Shown here piece by piece: positions 38,224 through 47,171 of a stretch of 64,000 nt of DNA (the stretch's first letter is position 1; every line of letters begins with the position of its first letter). The stretch lies in IMG/VR virus record IMGVR_UViG_3300031994_000025, positions 32,001 through 96,000 of that record. The stretch is one strand, 5' to 3'. The translations under genes were made by a program, and so were the position numbers. The DNA is from a virus (taxonomy: Duplodnaviria; Caudoviricetes). The notes beneath the pieces were generated by a model, which saw nothing but the letters and a program-made list of their open reading frames with translations, ran no database searches and was not told the DNA's origin.

Positions 38224-41200
38224 ACGACAATAATCTGAAGATATTAGACCAGATTCCACTCGTGGACGTACTGGCAGGGTGGAGGCATACGGCGCAGCGG
38301 ACGAATGCGAAGGGCACCGTGGCCTACTACCTGTGTCCGTGGCACGATGACCATGATCCGTCGCTGGTGGTGGAGAGTAAGACACGCGACGGTGCGACGG
38401 CACCGATGTTCAAGTGCTACGTCTGCGGAGCCACGGGCTACGGGGCGGTGCAGTTGGCGGCACGGCTGATGGGCAAGCCTGGCGGGAGGATTCCCGACGA
38501 GGAGATGCCGGAGGTGCTGACCGAACTGGCGACGCGCTGCAGCGTGGAACTGGAGGAAGAGACGGATGCCGAGGGCAGACGCTGGCAGACCAGACTGCGC
38601 TCGGAGATTACGGGATGGAGTGAGTTCCGCAAGACGGAACTGCAGTATGCCGACTGGGACGGCATCACGCCGATACTGGAGCCGGGCGAGTGGACCATCG
38701 AGAGTCTGAAAGCCCTGGGGCTGAAGGTGGAGATGTCGTCCCATAAGGCTGGGAAGGATGAAGTTTCTGCCACTGCCCCCGCCGAAATCAAGACAGGCGA
38801 CGTGATTACCGACTTCGACCCGGACACGGGCGAGGCGCTCTACCGCTGCTCGTTCGGGGCAGGCTTCTACGGCGACCCGAAGAAGGCGGAGGTGAAGACC
38901 GTCAGCGAGTGGGGTAGGGAGGTGGAGCGGCTGTTCCATGTGCAGCCAGTCGCCCGCGTCATCCGCCGCAAGGAGAACAAGGAGCAAGGCGGCTACTTCG
39001 TGCATATCACGAAGGGCAGCAGGACTTACCCCATCTTCATGTTCCAATACGACTTCGGTACAAAGAAGTACGAGCCGAGGGATGTCTACGGCAACAAGTG
39101 GATATGGGTGGGCAAGGACGAGAATGTGGACGCTGGCCACCAGTGGTACGGCGACGCGACGCTGGAGGACTTCCTGAAGGACGGCGTGATGCCCGAGCAG
39201 GACAAGCGTCACCCCTATGTGGAGATTGATGACAAGGAGAAGAAGACCAAGCAGATCCGATTCGGCAAGATTGTATTGTGCTCTGGTCCGAGGGATGCGA
39301 TAGCGGTCTATAGTCACAGCGACGCGCATGTGGTATGGCTCAACTCCGAACAGGCTGGCTTCGATGCCAAGGGCGGTGCGATGCGCCCCAACCGTTGGCT
39401 GCGTGCGCTGCTCCGCAAGTTGCAGAGCGTCTGCGTGGAGGGCGGTCTTTACGTCTGCTACGACGAGGACGAGACGGGGCTGAAGGCCAGCCAGGCCATT
39501 GCACTCAACAATCCGCAGGTGCATTGGCTCAGGCTGCCCAAGGAGTTGGGGCAGGTTATGGCCGGGAAGACGATACAGACCCCACCCCTGACCCCTCCCC
39601 TTGAGGGGCGGGGAATGCCTACGGACGGGGGCACAGCCGATTCGGGCTCCCTTGAGGGGCAGGGAATGCCTACGGACGTGGGCATAGCCGATTCGGGTTC
39701 CCTTGAGGGACGGGGAATACCTACGGACGTGGGCACAGCCGATTCGGGTTCCCTTGAGGGACGTGGAATGCCTACGGACGGGGGCACAGCCGATTCGGGT
39801 TCCCTTGAGGGACAGGGAATGCCTACGGACGGGGGCACAGTCGATTCGGGTTCCCTTGAGGGACGGGGAATGCCTACGGATACCATGGCGGCAGCAACTC
39901 CCCGCCCCTTTGAGGGGAGGGGCAGGGGTGGGGTAAAGGCCCCGAAACCCCTGAAAGACGCCACCGACTTCGTGACCCGTTTTGCCGAGGTGGAGCGGCT
40001 GATGCCCGCCGACCTGCAGCACGACGACCCGGCGGAGTGGTTCGAGAATGCCATGTTCGATACGCCGACGTGTAAGTTCTGGCAGTGGGAGTCAGAGCGC
40101 AAGGAACAGGACGGCAGCAGCCGGGCCCGCTATAAGTTCGACCTGCGAAATACCCCCGTGTTCCTCCGTGCCCGTGGCATCGTCCGCCGCGTCATGCAGT
40201 CGGGCGACGAGTCGTTCAGCCGCTTCTTCATGCTGGGCAATGACCATACCTATTATGAACTGTTCGTCGGACAGAAAGGTTCCAACAAACTGGTGCCGCA
40301 GATTCGCGACATCATGGCCGAATGGCTCCGTGCTCACTCGGAGTTCAACGATAAGAAGGGTGCGCTCTCGCGTGCCATCTACTCCGCCAAACTGGAGACC
40401 GGCATCATGGAGTCGATAGAGACGATGGACTTCGACGAGAAATCGTTCGGCGAGGACTTCGACCATTTCTTCTTCCATAACACCGCCGTCCGTGTGACGA
40501 AGGACGAAATCAAACTGGTGCCTTACTCCACGATGAAACAGTGGACCAACCAGGACGCCATCCTCGAAGGCGACTTCCACATCACCGACCGACTGTGGCA
40601 CGTGGAGGAAATGCCATACTACCAGGCCGAACTGGCGAAGCACGAGGCGATACTCAAAGCGGCGCAGGTGGAAGACGAGATCAAACAGGAGAACATGCGC
40701 TGGGACCAGTACGAGCAGTTGTGGCACTACCGCCTCGTGATGGATCGACCGCTGGAGCAGATGCCGCTGCACTTCCGCTTCCTGTATAACACCTGCCGCA
40801 TCTTCTGGGAGAAGGAGAAAACACAGGAACTCACCAAGACCGAACGGCAGGTACAGGACATGTACTTTATTGCGATGCTCCATGCCATCGGCTCGGCGCT
40901 GGTGCGCTTCCGCTCGGCTAACCGCCAGCAATTCATCCACATCACCGACAACGGAACGCGCCGTGAGGATCTGGCCTCGGGCGGCACGGGCAAGACCGCC
41001 ATATTGGAACTCTTCGCCCTCGTGCGCCGTGTGCTGGGCATCGACGGCAAGGCCCTTGAAGGGTCGAACATCATCCTGGAGCAGGAACTCGGAAAGGTCA
41101 TCCCCGGTCTGCACAACATCGCCTGCATCGACGAACTGCCGCAGGGCTTCTCGCCGAAGAAGCTCTACAACCTGCCGCTCAGCGTCACCTCGCGAGGCAT

Positions 41201-42035
41201 GTACCGCGCCTCAGTGAAACTGACGGGCGACGACGTGCCGAAAATCGTCATCTCCTCGAACGAGCAGATAGACCTCTCCAGCGAATCGACCTCGCGCCGC
41301 GCCTATCAGATACTGGTGGGCGACTGGTACCATCCCCGCTCGATGGACGGTTCGCGGCCTGCCCACACGCCAGCCGACGATTTCCGCAGCGAGGGCGTGA
41401 AGGAGATAGCCCACAACCTGCCGCCGCAGATTCTGAACGACGCGAGAAATCTGCTGCTGCAGTGCTGTCAGTTGTTCCTGCAACTGCCGGAGGTGACGTT
41501 CACGCCGCCGCGTGACAGCCGAGCACTGCTGCGCCAGGCACTGGCAGCAAGCAAGGACGAGCAGTTCACGCGCTGGATAGCGGGCTATCTCTCCGACAAG
41601 CGCCACCTCGGCATCCCTATTGCCGAACGCGAACTGATCATCTCGCTGCTCGACTTCTGCGGCATTGAGGTCGGTGCGAAGACGCTGCTGTCGGGCCGCG
41701 CCCGCATCAAGAACAACCTCGACGAGTATCTGAGGACAAGTCCCTACGTGGCAAATCCCAACATTGTGATGCACTCTAATACGGATCATCAGTGCGGCTA
41801 CCGCCGCTGCGCCACCTGGCAGTACCCGATGAATCCCGACAAGACCATCAAGACCGACAAGGACGGCAACAGGCTCCCCCGCGAACTGGTGAAGAAGGCG
41901 CCGTACCTGAAGACCTACTACTTCTACCGCAAGGGGCAGGTGCCGTTCCACGACTTCGACCCTGCGCATATCGGAGACAAGGACTACGTGCAACCCGCAC
42001 CGGAGACAGACCCGGATGAAGTGAAAAGTGAATAA
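38220..42035 (+). CDS. primase-helicase (CHC2 zinc finger, TOPRIM, C-terminal ATPase) with in-frame repeat insertion
   Basis: CPWHDD..PS...FKCYVCG; CSGPRDA, YDEDETG, KD.TDF; GGTGKT and CIDE. Confidence 0.85.
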   Translation: MNDNNLKILDQIPLVDVLAGWRHTAQRTNAKGTVAYYLCPWHDDHDPSLVVESKTRDGATAPMFKCYVCGATGYGAVQLAARLMGKPGGRIPDEEMPEVLTELATRCSVELEEETDAEGRRWQTRLRSEITGWSEFRKTELQYADWDGITPILEPGEWTIESLKALGLKVEMSSHKAGKDEVSATAPAEIKTGDVITDFDPDTGEALYRCSFGAGFYGDPKKAEVKTVSEWGREVERLFHVQPVARVIRRKENKEQGGYFVHITKGSRTYPIFMFQYDFGTKKYEPRDVYGNKWIWVGKDENVDAGHQWYGDATLEDFLKDGVMPEQDKRHPYVEIDDKEKKTKQIRFGKIVLCSGPRDAIAVYSHSDAHVVWLNSEQAGFDAKGGAMRPNRWLRALLRKLQSVCVEGGLYVCYDEDETGLKASQAIALNNPQVHWLRLPKELGQVMAGKTIQTPPLTPPLEGRGMPTDGGTADSGSLEGQGMPTDVGIADSGSLEGRGIPTDVGTADSGSLEGRGMPTDGGTADSGSLEGQGMPTDGGTVDSGSLEGRGMPTDTMAAATPRPFEGRGRGGVKAPKPLKDATDFVTRFAEVERLMPADLQHDDPAEWFENAMFDTPTCKFWQWESERKEQDGSSRARYKFDLRNTPVFLRARGIVRRVMQSGDESFSRFFMLGNDHTYYELFVGQKGSNKLVPQIRDIMAEWLRAHSEFNDKKGALSRAIYSAKLETGIMESIETMDFDEKSFGEDFDHFFFHNTAVRVTKDEIKLVPYSTMKQWTNQDAILEGDFHITDRLWHVEEMPYYQAELAKHEAILKAAQVEDEIKQENMRWDQYEQLWHYRLVMDRPLEQMPLHFRFLYNTCRIFWEKEKTQELTKTERQVQDMYFIAMLHAIGSALVRFRSANRQQFIHITDNGTRREDLASGGTGKTAILELFALVRRVLGIDGKALEGSNIILEQELGKVIPGLHNIACIDELPQGFSPKKLYNLPLSVTSRGMYRASVKLTGDDVPKIVISSNEQIDLSSESTSRRAYQILVGDWYHPRSMDGSRPAHTPADDFRSEGVKEIAHNLPPQILNDARNLLLQCCQLFLQLPEVTFTPPRDSRALLRQALAASKDEQFTRWIAGYLSDKRHLGIPIAERELIISLLDFCGIEVGAKTLLSGRARIKNNLDEYLRTSPYVANPNIVMHSNTDHQCGYRRCATWQYPMNPDKTIKTDKDGNRLPRELVKKAPYLKTYYFYRKGQVPFHDFDPAHIGDKDYVQPAPETDPDEVKSE
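39578..39935. repeat. REP/BIME-like composite: about 5.5 tandem 51-bp units between inverted REP-like ends, in frame in the primase gene
   Basis: units start at 39598, 39649, 39700, 39751, 39802, 39853; peptide LEGRGMPTDGGTADSGS. Confidence 0.9.
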
Positions 42036-42484
42036 TGCCAGTATATAAGCGCCGACCACCGAAGGTCACCGTCATCAAGTACTCATGCGTCACGGGGCAG
42101 GCCGTATGGCTCTACCGAGGACAGAGCCATGAGGGTATGTACAAGGCATACTCGCGGGCACGGCGCCACGAACTGACGCTGCAGCGCAAATGGCCACGCC
42201 TAATGAAGCGACGCACGGAGAGCATCCTCGGCTTCCTCGACGAGTGCCTGGCTGCGCTTCCAATCATCGGTGAACTGGCCAAGGAACAGCGCGACGCCAT
42301 CAGGACGCTCCGTCAACTGGCTGGCAACGCCCCGAAGTTCTACACCGCCTTCTACAACCACGTGCGCACCGAGCGCCGACGGCGCAAGCGAGACAGCGAG
42401 ATACGCCAGAAGATGCGCGAACGCGAGGCGCAGGAACGAGCCGAAACGGAGGCACAGAAAAAAATAGCAGAATATGAATTATGA
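42035..42484 (+). CDS. basic hypothetical protein
   Basis: TAATG coupling with the primase gene. Confidence 0.65.
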   Translation: MPVYKRRPPKVTVIKYSCVTGQAVWLYRGQSHEGMYKAYSRARRHELTLQRKWPRLMKRRTESILGFLDECLAALPIIGELAKEQRDAIRTLRQLAGNAPKFYTAFYNHVRTERRRRKRDSEIRQKMREREAQERAETEAQKKIAEYEL

Positions 42485-42512
42485 TAAATAACGTATTGGT
42501 ACACAGCAATAT

Positions 42513-42746
42513 ATGAGCAAGAACGACAATATCAAGACCCAAGGCCAGGTGACGGAATCCCTCGGCTACGAGCGCTACCGTGTGACGCTTGACAACGGCG
42601 TCACCATCCTCGCCACACTCTCGGGGCGCATCCGCCAGAATCACATCCGCGTGATGACCGGCGACCGCGTGGAGGTGGAACTCTCGCCCTACGACCTGAC
42701 CCACGGGCGCATCTCATTCAGATACAACAAACCCAAACAACAGTAA
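42513..42746 (+). CDS. infA: translation initiation factor IF-1
   Basis: I...G.V.E.L....YRV.LDNG..ILA.LSGRIR...IRV..GDRVEVELSPYDLT.GRI.FR. Confidence 0.95.
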   Translation: MSKNDNIKTQGQVTESLGYERYRVTLDNGVTILATLSGRIRQNHIRVMTGDRVEVELSPYDLTHGRISFRYNKPKQQ

Positions 42747-42749
42747 GAT

Positions 42750-42893
42750 ATGAGCAGACAAGACTACATCCGACGCACACTGGCGGCCCTCTGCGGCTCG
42801 TCGCCCGCCGACCCCGCCACCTACCACCTCGTCCGTGGCATGGCCGACAGGCTGGAGAGTGTGTTCCGTTTCGACACTAACAGCGACAAATAA
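42750..42893 (+). CDS. 47-aa hypothetical protein
   Basis: read manually: MSRQDYIRR...TNSDK. Confidence 0.45.
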   Translation: MSRQDYIRRTLAALCGSSPADPATYHLVRGMADRLESVFRFDTNSDK

Positions 42894-42925
42894 ATGATTA
42901 ATTTAATCCAAAAACAACAGAAGTT

Positions 42926-43525
42926 ATGCAAGGCATTAAATTCAAGATGACGGGTGTGTGTCCGCTGATGCTGAACAACCCGCAGACGGTGAACCCGATG
43001 AACGAGTATTCAAAGGCGCTGAAGGAGCTGACCTCGAAGCGCTCGAAGACCGATGACGACCAGAACGAGATCTTCCACCTGAAGTTCCTGGCATCGTGCT
43101 ACTACAACACGAAGGGGCAGTACATCCTGCCGGCCAACATGATTGCCAAGAGCTTCGAGGCGGGGGCAAAGGAGAACAAGCTGGGTGCCAAGTTCCAGCG
43201 CTCGGTGTTCGTCTTCAACGACGGCGTGCTGAAGTTCGCAGAGAACGGTTGCTCGCCAGAGGAGCTGTGGACGAACCACAGCGAGAAGTACGTTGACATC
43301 CGGCCCGTGGGCATCATGAAGTCGAAGATTGTCACCGCCCGAATGATCATCCCCGAGTGGAGCCTGGAGGGTGAGCTTTTCTTCGACGAGAGCCAGTTGA
43401 ACAAGAGCGATGTGTGGCTGGCCATGACCAACGCCGGCCTGCGCTACGGCATCGGCACCTACCGCCAGTGCTACGGACGCTACAACATCGAAGAGGTGAA
43501 AGACGATGGGAAGAAAAGGAAATAA
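42926..43525 (+). CDS. stand-alone RAMP/Cas7-like RNA-binding protein
   Basis: first strand IKFKMTGVCPLMLNN, YILPANMIAKSF, W....EL.FD and C-terminal glycine-rich loop AG...GIGTYRQCYGRY. Confidence 0.7.
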   Translation: MQGIKFKMTGVCPLMLNNPQTVNPMNEYSKALKELTSKRSKTDDDQNEIFHLKFLASCYYNTKGQYILPANMIAKSFEAGAKENKLGAKFQRSVFVFNDGVLKFAENGCSPEELWTNHSEKYVDIRPVGIMKSKIVTARMIIPEWSLEGELFFDESQLNKSDVWLAMTNAGLRYGIGTYRQCYGRYNIEEVKDDGKKRK

Positions 43526-43531
43526 CAACAT

Positions 43532-43789
43532 ATCAAAGTACTGTCAAGTGCAGTGGGGTTTAGCTTAGCGCGGAACAGTACAGCGAAGACTGGTTTAGCG
43601 AAGCAAAGCAAAGTTTTATCCTAATCGAGCTTAATTCAGCCAAGAAGTGCGGAGTAAAGCCTTGTATAGCGCAGAGCAGCTTAGTAAAGCATAGCACGGT
43701 TACATCCCGACGTGGCAAAGCGGAGCGAAGCATACTAATGTATAGTTAGGCCCAGATGAGAGCGGTTGAGCGAAGCATAGTAAATTTTA
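43532..43789 (+). ncRNA. array of three 86-nt units with 5-nt periodicity (NN + AGY-like triplet); candidate guide RNAs
   Basis: ATC at 43532, 43618, 43704; 16 pentamers each; 43 of 48 triplets have central G. Confidence 0.8.
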
Positions 43790-43805
43790 AAAACATAGAC
43801 AGATT

Positions 43806-44030
43806 ATGACAAGAAAGAAGATCGATTACCCGAACCCCGTCGAGACCATCGACCGCAAGCCGCCGCAGGTGGCGCTCACCGAGCCCGTAGAGCCCGACAA
43901 GTTCGACCGACACATGCGCAAGGCCCGCCGCGACGACATCAGTTCGCGCCGCAAGGTCTTCGTCAGCCAGAGCCGCGCCGAGGACGAGCGCGACAGCCGC
44001 CGGCAGGACATCAGCCCGTCGGTTTATTAA
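43806..44030 (+). CDS. basic hypothetical protein
   Basis: 74-aa ORF following the array. Confidence 0.55.
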   Translation: MTRKKIDYPNPVETIDRKPPQVALTEPVEPDKFDRHMRKARRDDISSRRKVFVSQSRAEDERDSRRQDISPSVY

Positions 44031-44130
44031 ACACGGCGGTAGCCGCTCGGCATCCCGAAGGGTGACGCTTGCTACCAACGGGACGCAAGAAATTATTCAC
44101 TATTCACTTTTCACTATTCACTTAGAAAGT

Positions 44131-44856
44131 ATGAGACATTTGGATTTTACAATCGACTTTGAGACCTGCGGGTTGACGGCCAATTCCGCCCCGATGCAGG
44201 TGGCCATCGTTCCGTGGCGGCGCGATGCGGAGAGTGACCCGTTCGTGGGCGACGACACGGGCGAGAAGACGGAGGAAGAGGCCAGCCGATGGCCGGAGCC
44301 GCTGGTCAAGTATGTGGATCTGAGAACGTGCGTGGTCGATGGGTTCGACTTCGACCCAGAGACCGTGAAGTGGTGGACCGGGCGCACGGAGGCGGCGAAG
44401 CGCGCCGTGTGCGAGGGACTGGCTGAGCCGGTGGAGGACGTGCTGATCAGCATACTCGACTACCTGCGCGAGACCGTGAAGCAGTACCGGCTGGAGAGCA
44501 TCTGCCTCTGGTGCCAGGGCATGGACGTGGACATCGCCATCCTGCGCAACCTCTGCAAGAAGTACGACGTTGACTTGGAGAACGAAATCCCCCACACCTC
44601 GTTCCGCGACTGTCGCACGGTGATACTGGAGGCAGCGCTGACAGAAGCCGAGCGCAGCATGGCCGGTAAGAGCACGCGGGCCAACGGCATCGCCCTACCC
44701 TATCAGATACAGGCCGACCCGACGCTGGCCTACAAAATCTTCTTATCCCTACCCTCTCACTACGCCGAGGGCCGCGAGGCCCACGACGCCCTCTACGACG
44801 CGCTGCGCTCCACATGGTACACCTGGCAAGCACTGAAATCCCTAAACAATGAATGA
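44131..44856 (+). CDS. DEDDh 3'-5' exonuclease (DUF5051-like)
   Basis: IDFET, T..WW, W.QG...D..IL, RD.RT, HDALYDA. Confidence 0.85.
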   Translation: MRHLDFTIDFETCGLTANSAPMQVAIVPWRRDAESDPFVGDDTGEKTEEEASRWPEPLVKYVDLRTCVVDGFDFDPETVKWWTGRTEAAKRAVCEGLAEPVEDVLISILDYLRETVKQYRLESICLWCQGMDVDIAILRNLCKKYDVDLENEIPHTSFRDCRTVILEAALTEAERSMAGKSTRANGIALPYQIQADPTLAYKIFLSLPSHYAEGREAHDALYDALRSTWYTWQALKSLNNE

Positions 44857-44907
44857 TATGACAACAGACAATATCCCAGAAATCTGGTATTCCTAACAAA
44901 AGAGATT

Positions 44908-45300
44908 ATGATACAAGCATTACAGACAATCGCCTCAATTTTCGCCATGCTCTGCTACGGCGCGATAACGTACTTTGCCGTCAGCGCATGGTTCAAGCTG
45001 CGCCGCATGGAGAAGCAGATGGACGAGGTGAAGTATGCCGCCATGACGGCGATGGCAGTGACGATGGGCGAGCACCTGCGCCAGTCGTTCAACGAGATTA
45101 ACCGCATGCAGGACCAGTTGCGCAGCCTGGTGGAGCAGGAGCGCTACGAGGAAGCCGAGCGCATGAAGTCGTTCATCAGCGACGCCCAACAGTCGGCAAT
45201 GAGGGAGATGAAGAAATTTAAGCAGCACTTCGGCGAAGACATCTGCGACGTGAACGTGATGAACATCCACGTCAACAGCGGAAAGGAGGACGGCGAATGA
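44908..45300 (+). CDS. membrane-anchored protein with UVR-like motif
   Basis: N-terminal TM; L..LVEQERYEEA.R. Confidence 0.6.
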   Translation: MIQALQTIASIFAMLCYGAITYFAVSAWFKLRRMEKQMDEVKYAAMTAMAVTMGEHLRQSFNEINRMQDQLRSLVEQERYEEAERMKSFISDAQQSAMREMKKFKQHFGEDICDVNVMNIHVNSGKEDGE

Positions 45301-45345
45301 AACGATAATTTATTTTTTAACCCAATCAAAAAAAACATTACGACA

Positions 45346-45588
45346 ATGGAAAGAACAGACATTGAGAAAAAAGTGCAGGACATCCTCGTTGACAAGCTCG
45401 GCTTGGATGCCAGCGAAGTGAAACCGGAGGCAAACCTGAAGGACGATCTCGGAGCCGACTCGCTCGACGAGGCGGAATTGATCATGGAGACGGAGAAGGA
45501 GTTCGGCATCGGCATCACCGACGACGAAGCCGAGCAGGTGAAGACCGTCGCCGACCTCTGCGACCTCGTGGAGCGGAAGGTAGGATAA
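45346..45588 (+). CDS. acpP: acyl carrier protein
   Basis: DDLGADSLD..ELIME.EKEFGI.I.D..AE...TV. Confidence 0.95.
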   Translation: MERTDIEKKVQDILVDKLGLDASEVKPEANLKDDLGADSLDEAELIMETEKEFGIGITDDEAEQVKTVADLCDLVERKVG

Positions 45589-45602
45589 TCGAAACAGCGA
45601 TT

Positions 45603-46541
45603 ATGACCCTCAAACAAGCATTCACACAATGGGCGGCGGCACCGCGCAACACGGTGCTGGCAGCCAAGAGCCGCCAGGCCGTGCAGCGCGTGCTGATGCG
45701 GCAGTACGGCGACCTCCATCTGGAAGTATTCACCGAGGCCTTCTGCCGACGGCTGTTCAGCGAGTGCCGCGAGATACAGGAACTGAAGGTCAAGGCAGCC
45801 TCCGTGCTCGTCTATGTCCTACAATGGGGCGGCGACCACGGCCACTGCCAGCGACCGAAGTTCACCTACGAGATAGCCACGGAGGAACACCGCAAGTGCC
45901 AGAGCCAGACCGAGCAGCCAGCCGACAAGCCCGCCGAGCCAAAGCCCGCATCGGGCCAGAATCGGGACAAAATCGGGCCAAAGCCCGACTCCTGCGACGG
46001 CTGCAACAACGTGAAGGGCTGCATCAACTGCACCGACGGCTCGGAGCGGGCAGTCATCACAGAGCCAAAGCCCACATCAAACGAAACATCAAGCGAAACG
46101 ACAATGGAACAACAGACCACCAAGAAGAAGACGCGAAGCAAAGCCCCGCGACCCGTCGTGCAGATAGACCCCGCGACGCTCGAAGCCGTCAAGGAATGGC
46201 CCTCGATGGCAGAAGCCGCCGATGCAGTCGGCAGCCTGCCCAGCAACATCCACCGCGCCGTCACCCAACTGCGCACCGCCGCCGGCTACTACTGGTGCGA
46301 CCCCGAGAACGCTCCGCAGTTCGCCGACACCATGGACCGCAAGAAGACCATCACTGCCACCCGCCGCGCCATCGCCGCCACCATCAACAAGGGCCGCCGG
46401 AAGCAGGTGGGCGACGCCAAGGCTGAGAAGGCCAAGGCCGAGAAGCAGGAGCAGCCCCTCGCCGCCTTCACCGACCGCGACCTCTGCGACGAGCTGCGCC
46501 GCCGTGGATGGAGCATCACCCTCACGATGGCCGCCGACTGA
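45603..46541 (+). CDS. hypothetical protein with NUMOD1-like DNA-binding domain
   Basis: RPVVQID...EW.S..EAA...SNI......RTAAGYYW. Confidence 0.65.
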   Translation: MTLKQAFTQWAAAPRNTVLAAKSRQAVQRVLMRQYGDLHLEVFTEAFCRRLFSECREIQELKVKAASVLVYVLQWGGDHGHCQRPKFTYEIATEEHRKCQSQTEQPADKPAEPKPASGQNRDKIGPKPDSCDGCNNVKGCINCTDGSERAVITEPKPTSNETSSETTMEQQTTKKKTRSKAPRPVVQIDPATLEAVKEWPSMAEAADAVGSLPSNIHRAVTQLRTAAGYYWCDPENAPQFADTMDRKKTITATRRAIAATINKGRRKQVGDAKAEKAKAEKQEQPLAAFTDRDLCDELRRRGWSITLTMAAD

Positions 46542-46606
46542 AATAATTTTTAATCCTAATTTTTAAATAATTTCCCTGCGAAATCAGGCCAAAACAAAAG
46601 AGCGGT

Positions 46607-46936
46607 ATGGAAAGAAACATCACCATCAAAGTGACGCGCCATGAGGCGACCGTCATTTTCGCGGCTCTCGGCACGCTGAAGAACCGCACGGCGCAGAAAG
46701 CACGCTGGCAGAACATCAAGCGGATGCGCACGTTAAGACAGCGGCTGGCCGTGGCCATCACCATCGGCGACGAGAAGGAACAGGCCGACGTCCGCCGCGC
46801 CATCGAGCACAGCGAACATCAGCACCGTAAGTTCAGCGTCCGCGCCGCAGGCATCGGCGGGCTGCAAGAGCACGTCAGGCTGTCGGCTGGCATAGCGAAG
46901 GACGAGAAAATCAACTACGAGAGCGACAACATATAA
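46607..46936 (+). CDS. hypothetical protein
   Basis: aagagcggtATG start. Confidence 0.6.
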   Translation: MERNITIKVTRHEATVIFAALGTLKNRTAQKARWQNIKRMRTLRQRLAVAITIGDEKEQADVRRAIEHSEHQHRKFSVRAAGIGGLQEHVRLSAGIAKDEKINYESDNI

Positions 46937-46961
46937 AGTCCGACTAAATACAAAGAGCGAT

Positions 46962-47141
46962 ATGAAAGTAAAGAAACACTACGAGCAGGATCACGTCATC
47001 CTGTATGTGACGGAGGGCGACCTCCAGACCACCATCACCCTGGAGAGCGACCGCCAGATGAAGCGGCTGGCCGACTGCCTCATAGACCTCTACCGCACCG
47101 ACGGCAGGGAGGTGAGCATCGGGGAAACGAAGGGGGAATAA
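46962..47141 (+). CDS. 59-aa hypothetical protein
   Basis: aagagcgatATG start; read manually. Confidence 0.55.
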   Translation: MKVKKHYEQDHVILYVTEGDLQTTITLESDRQMKRLADCLIDLYRTDGREVSIGETKGE

Positions 47142-47171
47142 TGTAAAACGGATAAAACAAGTAAGAGCGAT

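Noticed and set aside
39598-39880. CRISPR array
   Set aside because: Units are near-identical over their whole 51 bp with no unique spacers, and lie in frame in a gene.
43532-43789. CRISPR array, microsatellite or coding ORF
   Set aside because: No 23-50-bp direct repeats with spacers, the dinucleotides are not homogenised as in slippage repeats, and no ORF of 60 aa or more covers it.
43532-43789. Self-target of the NN codes within this window
   Set aside because: Spot checks by eye (for example near 6316, 24631, 29077) gave only short partial matches; an exhaustive search was not possible.
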